In this document: one piece after another, positions 36,501-48,723 of the stretch | Numbering within the stretch: position 1 is the first letter of the stretch | Layout: the number at the start of each line of letters is the position of its first letter | Assembly (NCBI GenBank): GCA_040954595.2 | Contig: CM082577.2 | Span: 11,503,654-11,567,653, forward strand | Direction of reading: 5' to 3' | DNA length: 64,000 bases | Origin: Balanoglossus misakiensis | Lineage: Eukaryota > Animalia > Hemichordata | Translations under genes and position numbers: made by a program | Notes under the pieces: model-generated | What the model saw: only the letters and a program-made list of their open reading frames with translations | What the model was told of the DNA's origin: nothing | Database searches by the model: none

Positions 36501-39430
36501 TAGGCAGACCTGTGGCAAACTTTTAACACCATTTTAAATCCCATGGTTCCGTGAAAGCAAGCATTCTTGTACGGCTTGCTATAACCTAAGGACATCGGGG
36601 AAAAGAATGCGTTCAAAATGGTACGGCTATCGGTGACAGATTTTCAGACAAAATGATAGTGCCCAAACTTTCGAAGTCTTTGCTGTTTAAAATGCATTGC
36701 GTGTGATTTCGGAAAGTCAGCACTGTTATCGCAAGGAAGGGTAGGAAACCGAATTTATTTTACTTCCGATATGAAGAACAGTAAAGTAGCGCCATTTGGG
36801 GATAAGGTAAGTGAGATCATGGACTTGAAAATTAGAATTGCAGTCGCACTCAATATGCTGATAATGAATGCATGACACAAATGTTTTTTTGTCAGTGTTT
36901 GCTTGCTATTTTGAAGTGCAATTTTATGTAGACCGTAATTTGGATGAGATTTATTCTCATATACCGGTACATTAAGTTCCACTATTTGTAACATTTGATA
37001 ACTTTTTCAGTAATTTTGATCAGTGTATGAAGCATGACTTCTTGTGTTCATAATCAGCATTGTTTTTGTTAAAATTTGTATTCAAGTCTGGAATTGAATG
37101 CATTTGTCAATAATAACAATTTTCTGTACCAAAAGTTACAGGTTTTTTTCTCTTTAATTGTAAGTCTTATATGTAGAACAGTGTAACACCAAAGCAGTTT
37201 TAAGATACTGAGAAAACTTTATTCATTGAAAAATAAACAATTATTTTGTTATTTTTACCTTAATCATTCAATACAAAATTGTGCTTGATGTTGAAAAACT
37301 TTCAATATTTTCTTTCTCTAAACCTACAAATTTGTACGCCAGATTAGCATGTTTCAAGAGGCATGAATTTAAAATACAATTGTTTTTTTATTTATTTAAA
37401 GTGAAAATACAGTTGTTTGTAAACTTGAATCTATATAGTCACCTATACGCTTTCCCAGAGGGTTTCCCTTATCCTCAAAAAAGGGGTTTTACCTCTGGGT
37501 TTTGGTGCGGGGTAACTTTTCAGTTCATCCAATAAAGTACATGAACCGCTACTCATGTAAAAATGACCTGTACTGTGTGTGTGTATGCATTTGGATGTGG
37601 TAGTTGGAATGCATGCTAGGTGGAATGGGTATGGAGACTAAACTAGAGTGGGTTAGGTGTGAGTGTGTGTAGAGAGCTGGTGGATTTTGTGCGTCCGTCA
37701 ACAATATACATGTAAAATTGAAAATTGTGTATCACAGTGATATTTGATGTGTAGATGTGATTTGGTGGCCGAATGTGAACTCGTTGACATGAAAGTGAAA
37801 TCAACACAGTAACCTCAAAATTGTGAAAATGCATTAAACCCTCTGGGAAGCTGAATTCGGAGGGAGTACAATGTATTGTTGGGGAGAGCAACAGTGGTGA
37901 AATAGCCAGACTGTTCTGTCAATACCCCCTAGTTACAGAGTCATTAACACCTGACCTTACCTAACAAATGGGAAAGGACGTGATTGCCATCGTAAATTCG
38001 ATATTGTTTTTCTTTTAATGATTCTCAATCTGCTCACGGGACATGCTGGCTTTCAAAGTCAAAGTCAGTGTCACTACGAGAGTAAGCGTTTGCTGAGTGA
38101 GATGGATAATTACCAGTTTGCGATTTCTCTGGGGATCAGGTCATGCGTCAACTGCGCTGTACAAGGTGTGGGCTGCAAATTGTTAAATAAATCAGATATA
38201 GCGACTAAAGTCGGTATCTTGGATGAAGCTGTAAACTGTCGAGGTAGAACACTTGACATGCTTGGCTGTTCTCCAGTCTTTTATGGCAACGTGGTATTTT
38301 GTTCACAAATACCTAAAATAGACTTGGGGTCTTCGGAATATACCGAGGTTTGATGCGTGTCTCATTCTTTTGTATTGATTCGAGGCAGCATGGTGGTAGA
38401 AACTGGTTTATCTACGATAAGCATTTTGTCGTCTTCATTATCTTAGTTTTTATCTGGCAATTCATAATCCTTGCCATGCTCACAGGTCAAAGTGACATTA
38501 CGATAAGATGGCTTGGGACATTATGCTGTATGACTGGTAATTTGCGTTGTGGATATGACGACCAGAAGGGCGGTTATTCATTTTCTTTTTCGAGGATATT
38601 CAGCTTTGATAACAGTTGACCATTCATGTCGGATTTTTGTTTTTTTTCAAATCAGACTATCCCCTTTATTTGTTGATTCAAGAGTTTTAATTGAGATTTC
38701 CTATTGGCTTCAAAAGCCACTGAGTTTCACTTTGTGTTTCATCTATAGTTTTCATCAGCGCTGAAACATTTGATTTCATGTTCTCCAAATCTGCAATCAT
38801 TTTAGAGGATGACTTTTTAAGAATTTCTATTTCTTTGCTCAGACTACTCACGTCAGATTCATGGCCCTGTTTCGTGGCAAGAATATCAGCCATTATAGAT
38901 GGCACATTGTCTTTCACAGACATGTCTGCGTGGTTCACAATGGTATGTTGAAGTTCAACATTTTCATTTTCGTCGTGTGCAGAATACAGGGGATTCATAG
39001 TTTGACTGTTGGTGAAGTGTCCTTGCTTCAACAACGGTGTAATAATTGAATAGTTCGTAGCAGTCTTCCAACAGCTTTTCGCCAACTGAAGCTTTCACGT
39101 TTCTACGATTGCAACTGCGCGCCAAAACTCTGTCTGACTTGTTAAAAATGTAAACACAGTATGATGAACATTTAAAACGCCACAGCAAAGCTAGCTAAAC
39201 CGTACATCTTTTTGTCTGAAGCGGGGGATCAACCCACCTCATCATGTTTATTTCATTCGCGGCGACATTATAGAGGCAATTCGGGATCTGGAAATTGTCA
39301 TGGCATACGTTTCTCCCTGCTCCCGGACAAGTCGAAGTACAAATTTCGAGTATAACCCTGATTTGATGCATTTCACAGAATCAAAGCCAAGTTTCTTCGT
39401 GTCTGTATTAGGAAAAAACTTTTTTAACTA

Positions 39431-40009
39431 TAGCTGCTGTTTGTTGCACTAGTTAGACCTTATCTGGAATATGGCAGCAGCATATGGAATCCCTATTTAA
39501 AGAAAGACATTGACTCAATTGAAAATGTTCAACGTCGTGCAACGAAGTTACTTCCCGGTTTAAATCAACTATCATATACTGAGCGTTTGGCGCGTTTGGA
39601 TTTACCATCACTGGCTTTTCGAAGACTACGTGGAGACCTTATTGAAATGTTTAAAATAATGACAGGAATTTACGATAAACGTGTTACTGATGGCCTATTT
39701 ACTCTCAGTCATATGCAGCATACAAGAGGACATTGCTATGAAGTGAATAAAGTACATTGCAAGACAAGTACCAGGAGTAACTTCTTCACAAATAGGATTA
39801 TTGATGTGTGGAATAATATGCCGGAAGCCTTCAAGAACCGTATTGACAATTTCCTCAGTAGTCAACCAATGAAATATGACTACTCCGTTGGATACATTCA
39901 TAGACCCGGACTGGCATAACAATCCAAGATGAATATTTAGTTGAGCTTAGAGGCACTGTGAAGAGCCTGCGCTCAATACCTACCTAACCTAACCTAACCT
40001 AACCTAACC
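39431..40009 (+). mobile_element. 5'-truncated CR1-clade LINE with (CCTAA)n tail, present in unit A only
   Basis: Frame 39434-39919 encodes LVRPYLEYGSSIWNPY..IENVQRRATK..RRLRGDLIEMFK..TRGH..FFTNRIIDVWN. TSD taacta at 39425-39430 and 40010-40015. Empty site at about 47951-47956. Confidence 0.93.
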
Positions 40010-40273
40010 TAACTAAAGGGGTGGATCAAAGTGATTTTATATGGGGGATATGCGCACAGTATTATGGGATACAGTAGTACAGTATGGTCGGTGTCAACAA
40101 GCACAGTGTCGTTATAGCGGGGGCTGCATCTGCGTGTATAATGACATAGAATACACAAAATACTGTATTGACTTACACACATTGTGGACAAGAAATATTT
40201 GAGAATGTCTTCATCTTTTAGGTTTTGAACTCCACAGTTCATGTAAAATTGACCGTGATACTTGTGTTACAGG

Positions 40274-40281
40274 TGACGTCA
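40274..40281. promoter_or_regulatory. Full CRE palindrome TGACGTCA about 500 bp upstream of the EPTP gene ATG
   Basis: Also present at 48217-48224; disrupted (tgatggtca) in the 18421 copy. Motif match only. Confidence 0.25.
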
Positions 40282-40780
40282 TAGTAGTCTACAAACCTTC
40301 CAAATGTTTACAGAGTAGTTTGCCCTTTTCAGCTGTCTTCGTTGGCATCAACCTCCAGCACAAACGGTTGTTTTCAAATACTTGTACTTTTTTTTTGAGA
40401 AACGACCTAATTACCTTTCTTTTACTTCATGTATATTGTACACGACTATGCACAAGCGTACATCATTTGCATTGGAATGTAGCGACTATTTATAGATATA
40501 CTGGAGCAAAGATGGTAAACAGCGACAAAGAAATCCTTTTTCCGGGTGCATGCGATTCTATTGTGGTGTATGTAAAAATCGACCTGTACATTTTGAGCTC
40601 ACACTTGTTTATACATGTAGGAATGGGGTCAGTGAATGTTCCACGACCTCCTCCACCTTTCCCAGGCCTTTGAAGTTTTTTTTGTTTCCTGTTGGTGTCG
40701 AAGGTGTACTTGCAGTCTGTACATTTAGTTCTCGCATTTCCTATACAAACATCACACCTGTGTAGAAATCCTGAGCTGCC

Positions 40781-42758
40781 ATGGCGAGTAGACCAACACT
40801 CCTACTGGTGTTGTGTACCATTATCTACCAACAGCGCTTCGTGTCTGTTGTAGGGCAGTCAACTGTCAGGGGAGAATATCGGTGCCTGAACCGACGCCAT
40901 GATTGCTACAAGGATAACTCGTGTTCGTACACTTTCACTTTACCTCGGACGGATGGACAGGAGTGTCCAGCACTTCGCGATGCTATCCTAGATGTACAAG
41001 CACTGAAGAGAAAGATTGAGGAGTTAACACTTGGCAGTGATGAGCAGCGGGGTTTGATTGAAAGGCAACAACGGCTAATGGAGGAACTAAACGAAACGTT
41101 GGCAGAGTTGAAGAGTGACCTCACTTCAGGTAGCTGAGCTGTAATTTACTTAAGCACACTTTATGATAAATTTCATTTTCTTAAGATACTAAACAGCTAA
41201 GCTGTATGTCTAGATGTTCCCAAACTAAGGAATGCAGTTTATTAATGGCAGATTATTATACTATTTATGTGCATTGGCCATTTCGGGATGACGCGTAAAT
41301 AGTGACGTGTTGCGTTCTTTAGCGGTGGTGCATTCAAGACTGCTGAACTCGTCTCCCCCAACATTCGACAATCGCCTCACCTGGACATCTTCAAGCAAAA
41401 TTTTAAGTCGTATTTCTTTTCCAACGTGTATTATTCGCATTGCTTAGATGAATTCTTAGCCTCCCAACAAACATCGCTAATAGATATTATATCATTCTAA
41501 TTGAACTTTTCCAAAATAATTTCTGTAGTATCTTTACGGTGGAAAATCTCAGCCTCTTATTATTTATATTGAATTAACTATACGTATTCAAATGTTAATG
41601 CCAATCAACGAATACAACATTTCTTTATTTTGTCCTGTCAAATGCATGACGTTAAGTTAACCAATCATACTCTTTTTGTTGTATACAGGGACATGTCTTG
41701 CAGTTAACAAAGACTTTTTGAAGTTTGAAAGCAGTCTAAATCTGACCGCGGTTACATCAGAAATCACAGAAACAAGTCTAATAGCTGGTTTGCATGCTTT
41801 TAACTCGGGCGGTAACACATATCTACAGGTCGCCACACCTGAGGAATTGTACGTTTACATGTTTTCGAGTGATCACGAGGCATTGGAAAAAATACAAACA
41901 GTAACAACAGAGGCATTGGTTAACCCTTGGATTGGCCCAGATTCCTTCCAAATGGATGAGCAACATTATGTTATTGACAGCGGAGACCAGACAAGAAGTA
42001 ATCATGTTTACTGGTGGAACGGAACACAGTTCTCTGAAGTTGACATTATCCAATTTCTCGGCTATACCACGTACACTCAAGCGAGCATGGCATGGTCGTT
42101 TGTACAAAGTCAGACATATGAATTGACCTTTCTGGCTAATGCGTTTTCTAGCACTTCAGATCTAGTAGAAAATAATAACATAGTTGTTTATATTTTGAAT
42201 GGCAGTCATTTCCAGTATTTTCAGGAAATCAATACAGGTCTGAATACGGAAGACCTTGAGTTTTTTCAACCCAACAACCAAGATATCTATCTTTGTCTCG
42301 GTGCCACGTTCAGCCCGGGAGATTATACATCGTTCGTTTACAAATATAATGCCTCGGTTTCCCAGTTTGTTCACCATCAAACTTTACCGGTGCAGGGTGC
42401 AACATCAGACATGTTAATTTTTGACATCCGGGATAATACATTCTTATTGCAAACAATGTACTGGTCTTTTTCTATTCTGTATACATGGAACACAACAACT
42501 TCTTCCTTTGAAGTCCATCAGGAAATTATAATAGAACATGGAAGACAGGCATGCTACGTCGAATACTGTAATCAACACTTCTTAGTGATTGTGACCTTGA
42601 ACGTCGGGTTCGTCGTTTATAAGTTGCGGGGCGACTATTTTCATGAGCACCAAGTCTTCCACACGTTCCAAGGTACGTGGGTGCACAAGTGTGACGTCTT
42701 CCGTGTAGATGGTGTTCAGTATTTGGCTGTCGATAAGATGACATACGTTCTGGTGTAA
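40781..42758 (+). CDS. Secreted angiopoietin-like-stalk / EPTP(EAR)-repeat beta-propeller protein, copy A, 472 aa, 2 coding exons
   Basis: Exons 40781-41129 and 41689-42758 (phase 1, GT-AG), total 1419 nt open. Hydrophobic N-terminus, CSYTFTLPRTDGQEC motif, heptad coiled coil. Repeats of the type S-x-[VI]-Y-x-[WY]-N...F-x-x-x-Q-x-[LI]...GA..D..F match the EPTP/EAR pattern of LGI/TSPEAR/ADGRV1 by eye. Confidence 0.85.
41310..41430 (+). mobile_element. Ancient L2-type LINE 3' fragment in the EPTP gene intron (also at ~49260-49375)
   Basis: Degenerate, frameshifted translation resembling RSFSVxAPRLWNSLP..IRQSPHLDIFKQNLKSYFF. Confidence 0.5.
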
Positions 42759-43327
42759 ATCTGTTTATGATTAGCCATCATAGTTAATTTCTTGGTTGTG
42801 ATATAGCGTGGAATCTGAAAACGAGAACAAATAGATACATGTATCGATGTGCAACAGTATAAACGTCAACCTGTTATAATATGTTGATCGTAGCAACTAT
42901 AATGAATTGTAGAAGGTCACTGCAAAGACCTTGCCCTACACAGATTATTTTTAATTGTATGTCATTTATGTTTTGTTTAATTTTGTTTTCAATATATTTA
43001 GTACCGTGTTTGTAATATAGGGCAATATATTAACTAAGTGTTTATGCTTTATGTAATTGTATGTTATGAAACAGGTGAATATATTACCTGAACAGAAATC
43101 TTTGATATTAGGCAACACTTTCAGCTCGACTTATATTTCATGAATCGATTTTAAAATCCTCTATAAAGTTTTGCAACAATACTGCAGTTTAGAAGATGGC
43201 TGCAAAGACCTTGCTTATGTTATACAGAATATTTTCAATTGTAAGTCTTCTATCTTTTATTTAATTTCATGATTTTGTTTTCAATATATTTAGTACCGTG
43301 TTTGTGTAATATAGGGCAATATATTAA

Positions 43328-43820
43328 AGGCACGTAAGCTGCAACTGGATAAAAAATCTCATATATGCTTTTAATTATATCTATTAAATGCTATTTCATG
43401 ATAATATATCAAGCTCAACACTTATTTATGACAAAATGGCCAAAAATTAAAGAAAAACGAAAATTCCTGAAATTTTTAAAAAAGTGCAATATTGCAATGA
43501 AAAATGAAAATCTGATGTCTCAGTGGTGTACATTTACTTCCATGAACTCAAGTGGATGAGATCATGTTTTATTTATGAAGTTTCACAACCGGAAATGCGA
43601 CATTTTCATTGTTTCTTTGTTTCTTTCATTTTCCCATGGCGGCCATAATCGCTTGCGGCAAAGCTTTATTATTTATCTGGTTAAAACTTGCATATGCACT
43701 CATATTTAGGGTTTATAATGCTTGTGTATAGTTCACTGCCTTCATCTGCATGGACTAATGGTAGTGCAGTGTGAAAAAAAAATTATGAAAATTATCCCAA
43801 AAGTTACAGCTTACGTGCCT
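43328..43820. mobile_element. TTAA-flanked MITE (Kolobok-like), unit A only
   Basis: TTAA|aggcacgtaagctg ... cagcttacgtgcct|TTAA. Empty site at 51634-51637. Confidence 0.9.
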
Positions 43821-43842
43821 TTAACTAAGTATTTATGCTTTA

Positions 43843-44271
43843 GGCCAGAGAGGAAAAAAATCTTGTTCATCGGATTTTTTGGACCAAGTTCCAGGAGCGG
43901 CGAGCGAATATTTTTATTTTTTATTTTTTATTTTTTTAGGCTGAAGGTAAACGCGGTTCTCTGGCATATTTGTACAGATGCCGACAAGGCGAGATAATTG
44001 TTTCCCTTTTTACCAGAAATATCTCAGTCAAAAACATTGATACAGTCATGTACTTGTAACTGAATTCAATACTATATTTCCCAACAACAACATAGGCCAT
44101 TACATTTACAGTAGGTGTTTGCACAACATATTCTGGCCACCAGTGGCAGTGACTAAGAATTTTGTAACACGGAAGTAGAATAGTTGCCGAGATCCAAAAA
44201 AAAAAAAAATTCCAAATCAGCCAAAGTAGAAGCGGCGATTCCGATGAACAATTTATTTTTTCTTCCTGGCC
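43843..44271. mobile_element. PIF/Harbinger-like MITE with TTA TSD, unit A only
   Basis: TTA|ggccag...gttcatcgg ... ccgatgaac...ctggcc|TTA. Empty site gctttatgtaa at about 51650-51660. Confidence 0.85.
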
Positions 44272-47200
44272 TTATGTAATTTTATGTTATGAAACAGGTG
44301 GATATATATTACCTGAAATCATGTTTAATCTTTGATATTAGGCAACACATTCAGCTCAGCTAATATTTCAGGAATCGATTTGAAAATCCTCTGAGGAACA
44401 ATAAGTAAAGAAAGTTTTGCAAATTACAAATTGTTGTTTGCATTTGTAAACTGTGTCGGTATGAACTAATCGATAACTAGATGTAATTGTTCTTGTTTGA
44501 CATCGCGATACTTGCCGATGTCACCCCATATCAGAAAAGCTCCTCAAAAGTGAAGCACTGTGATAGCACGGAAGGGGACAATATATATATACAACTGTAT
44601 ACGGATTGTTTCTTTTAAACGAATATGATGGTGTATGCACTTGACTATTTCGTTTCTCGCATTGATTTATTACATACAGATAGATAGACTGACTACCAGA
44701 ATAGCTTTCGACTCTTGAAATGGGTGATTGAGTACTTTCTTTTGTTCATATTTCTATGTACAGCTACAGTCAGAGGTTGATAATCATCGGGTTTACGAAT
44801 CGATTAGCTCATTTAAATGGACCATTCTAAGTTCGAAAAAAATAATGAAAACAACGCGAACATGTCTTTTTTCTGTTTGGCACAAGGTGAGGCTATATTG
44901 CCCCAGTAAAACACAGGAGGGGGGTATTAGAAAGGGTGTTAAATTCCATTTGCCAACTTCAAAGTAATGCGGCTTGCTTATATAAGAACCTAGGTTACTG
45001 AAGCGAGAAACTTGAATAGGCAGGCAAACTTTTAACACCATTTTAAACCCCATGGTTCCGTGAAAGCAAGCATTCTTGCATGGCTTGCAATAACCTAAGG
45101 ACAGCGGGGAAAAGAATGCGTTCAAAATGGTATGGCTATCGGTGACAGATTTTCAGACAATATGATAGTGCCCAAACTTTCAAAGTCCTTGCTGTTTAAC
45201 ATGTGTTGCGTGTGATTTCGGAAAGTCAGATAAGCTCCTCGAAAGTGAAGCACTGTTATCACAAGGAAGGGGAGGAAACCAAATTTATTTTACTTCCGAG
45301 ATGAAGAACAGTAAAGTAGCACCGTTTAGGGATAAGGTAAGTGAGATCATGGACTTGAAAATTAGAATTGCAGTCGCACTCAATATGCTGATAATGAATG
45401 CATGACACAAATGTTTTTTTGTCAGTGTTTGCTTGCTATTTTGAAGTGCAATTTTATGTAGACCGTAATTTGGATGAGATTTATTCTCATATACCGGTAC
45501 ATTAAGTTCCACTATTTGTAACATTTGATAACTTTTTCAGTAATTTTGATTAGTGCATGAAACATGACTTCTTGTGTACATAATCAGCATTGTTTTTGTT
45601 AAAATTTGTATTCAAGTTTGGAATTGAATGTATTTGTCAATAATAACAATTTTCTGTACGAAAAGTTACAGGTTTTTGCTCTTTAATTGTAAATCTTACA
45701 TGTAGAACAGTGTAACACCAAAGCTGTTTTTAGATACTGAGAAAACTTTATTCATTCAGAGATGAACCATTATTTTTTGTTATTTTTACCTTAATCTTTC
45801 AATACAAAATTTTGCTTGATGTTGTAAAAATTTCAATATTTTCTTTCTCTAAACCTACAAATTTGTACGCCAGATTAGCATGTTTCAAGAGGCATGAATA
45901 TAAAATACAATTGTTTTTTTATTTATTTAAAGTGAAAATACAGTTGTTTGTAAACTTGAATCTGTATAGTTACTTAGTTGATACGCTTTCCCAGAGGGTT
46001 TCCCTTATCCCGAAATAAGGGTTTTACCTCAGGGTTTTGATGCAGGGAAAATGTTCAGTTCACGCAATAAAGTATGTGATCCGCTTCTCACGTAAAAAAT
46101 GACCTGTATTGTGTGTATGTATTTGGATGTGGTAGTTGGAATGCATGCTTGGTGGAATGGGTATGGAGACTAGACTGGGTTAGGTGTGAGTGTGTGTAGA
46201 GAGCTGGTGGATTTTGTGCGTCCGTCAACAATATACATGTAAAATTGAAAATTGTGTATCACAGTGATATTTGATGTGTATGATGTGATTTGGTGGTTGG
46301 ATGTGAACTTGTTGACATGAAAGTGAAATCAACACAGAAACCTCAAAATTGTGGAAATACATTAACACCCTCTGGGAAGCTGAATTCAGAGGGAGTAAAA
46401 TGTGTTGTTTGGGAGAGCAACAGTGGCGAAATAGCCAGACTTGTCTGTCAATACCCCCTAGTTACAGAGTCATTAACACCTGACCTTACCTAACAAATGT
46501 AAAGGACGAGATTGCCATCGTAAATTCGATATTGTTTTTCTTTTAATGATTCTCAATCTGCTCACGGGACATGCTGGCTTTCAAAGTCAAAGTCAGTGTC
46601 ACTACGAGAGTAAGCGTTTGCTGAGTGAGATGGATAATTACCAGTTTGCGATTTCTCTGGGGATCAGGCCCTGCGTCAACTGCGCTGTACAAGGTGTGGG
46701 CTGCAAATTGTTAAATAAATCAGATATAGCGACTAAAGTCGGTATCTTGGATGAAGCTGTAAACTGTCGAGGTAGAACACTTGACATGCTTGGCTGTTCT
46801 CCAGTCTTTTATGGCAACGTGGTATTTTGTTCACAAATACCTAAAATAGACTTGGGGTCTTCGGAATATATCGAGGTTTGATGCGTGTCTCATTCTTTTG
46901 TATTGATTCGAGGCAGCATGGTGGTAGAAACTGGTTTATCTACGATAAGCATTTTGTCGTCTTCATTATCTTAGTTTTTATCTGGCAATTCATAATCCTT
47001 GCCATGCTCACAGGTCAAAGTGACATCACGATAAGATGGCTTGGGACATTATGCTGTATGACTGGTAATTTGTGTTGTGGATATGACGACCAGAAGGGCG
47101 GTTATTCATTTTCTTTTTCGAGGATATTCAGCTTTGATAACAGTTGACCATTCATGTCGGATCGTTGTTTTTTTCAAATCAGACTATCCCCTTTATTTGT

Positions 47201-48723
47201 TGATTCAAGAGTTTTAATTGAGATTTCCTATTGGCTTCAAAAGTCACTGAGTTTCACTTTGTGTTTCATCTATAGTTTCATCAGCGCTGAAACATTTGAT
47301 TTCATGTTCTCCAAATCTGCAATCATTTTAGAGGATGACTTTTTAAGAATTTCTATTTCTTTGCTCAGACTACTCACGTCAGATTCATGGCCCTGTTTCG
47401 TGGCAAGAATATCAGCCATTATAGATGGCACATTGTCTTTCACAGACATGTCTGCGTGGTTCACAATGGTATGTTGAAGTTCAACATTTTCATTTTCGTC
47501 GTGTGCAGAATACAGGGGATTCATAGTTTGACTGTTGGTGAAGTGTCCTTGCTTCAACAACGGTGTAATAATTGAATAGTTCGTAGCAGTCTTCCAACAG
47601 CTTTTCGCCAACTGAAGCTTTCACGTTTCTACGATTGCAACTGCGCGCCAAAACTCTGTCTGACTTGTTAAAAATGTAAACACAGTATGATGAACATTTA
47701 AAACGCCACAGCAAAGCTAGCTAAACCGTACATCTTTTTGTCTGAAGAGGGGGATCAACCCACCTCATCATGTTAATTTCATTCGCGGCGACATTATAGA
47801 GGCAATTCGGGATCTGGAAATTGTCATGGCATACGTTTCTCCCTGCTCCCGGACAAGTCGAAGTACAAATTTCGAGTATAACCCTGATTTGATGCATTTC
47901 ACAGAATCAAAGCCAAGTTTCTTCGTGTCTGTATTAGGAAAAAACTTTTTTAACTAAAGGGATGGATCAAAGTGATTTTATATGGGGGATATGCGCACAG
48001 TATTATGGGATACAGTAATACAGTATGGTCGGTGTCAACAAGCACAGTGTCGTTATAGCAGGGGGACTGCATCTGCGTGTATAATGACATAGAATACACA
48101 AAATACTGTAATGACTTACACACATTCTGGACAAGAAATATTTGAGAATGTCTTCATCTTTTAGGTTTTGAACTCCACAGTTCATGTAAAATTGACCGTG
48201 ATACTTGTGTTACAGGTGACGTCATAGTAGTCTACAAACCTTCCAAATGTTTACAGAGTAGTTTGCCCTTTTCAGCTGTCTCCGTTGGCATCAACCTCCA
48301 GCACAAACGGTTGTTTTCAAATACTTGTACTTTTTTTTTGAGAAACGACCTAATTACCTTTCTTTTACTTCATGTATATTGTACACGACTATGCACAAGC
48401 GTACATCATTTGCATTGGAATGTAGCGACTATTTATAGATATACTGGAGCAAAGATGGTAAACAGCGACAAAGAAATCCTTTTTCCGGGTGCATGCGATT
48501 CTATTGTGGTGTATGTAAAAATCGACCTGTACATTTTGAGCTCACACTTGTTTATACATGTAGGAATGGGGTCAGTGAATGTTCCACGACCTCCTCCACC
48601 TTTCCCAGGCCTTTGAACTTTTTTTTGTTTCCTGTTGGTGTCGAAGGTGTACTTGCAGTCTGTACATTTAGTTCTCGCATTTCCTATACATACATCACAC
48701 CTGTGTAGAAATCCTAAGCTGCC

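Noticed and set aside
39978-40014. (CCTAA)n as an interstitial TTAGG telomere repeat
   Set aside because: It sits at the 3' end of a CR1 fragment inside a TSD and is absent from the empty site.
41823-42744. Antisense ORFs over the EPTP exons (also 49776-50345) and over PTX exons
   Set aside because: Shadows of the real coding strand with no recognisable motifs.
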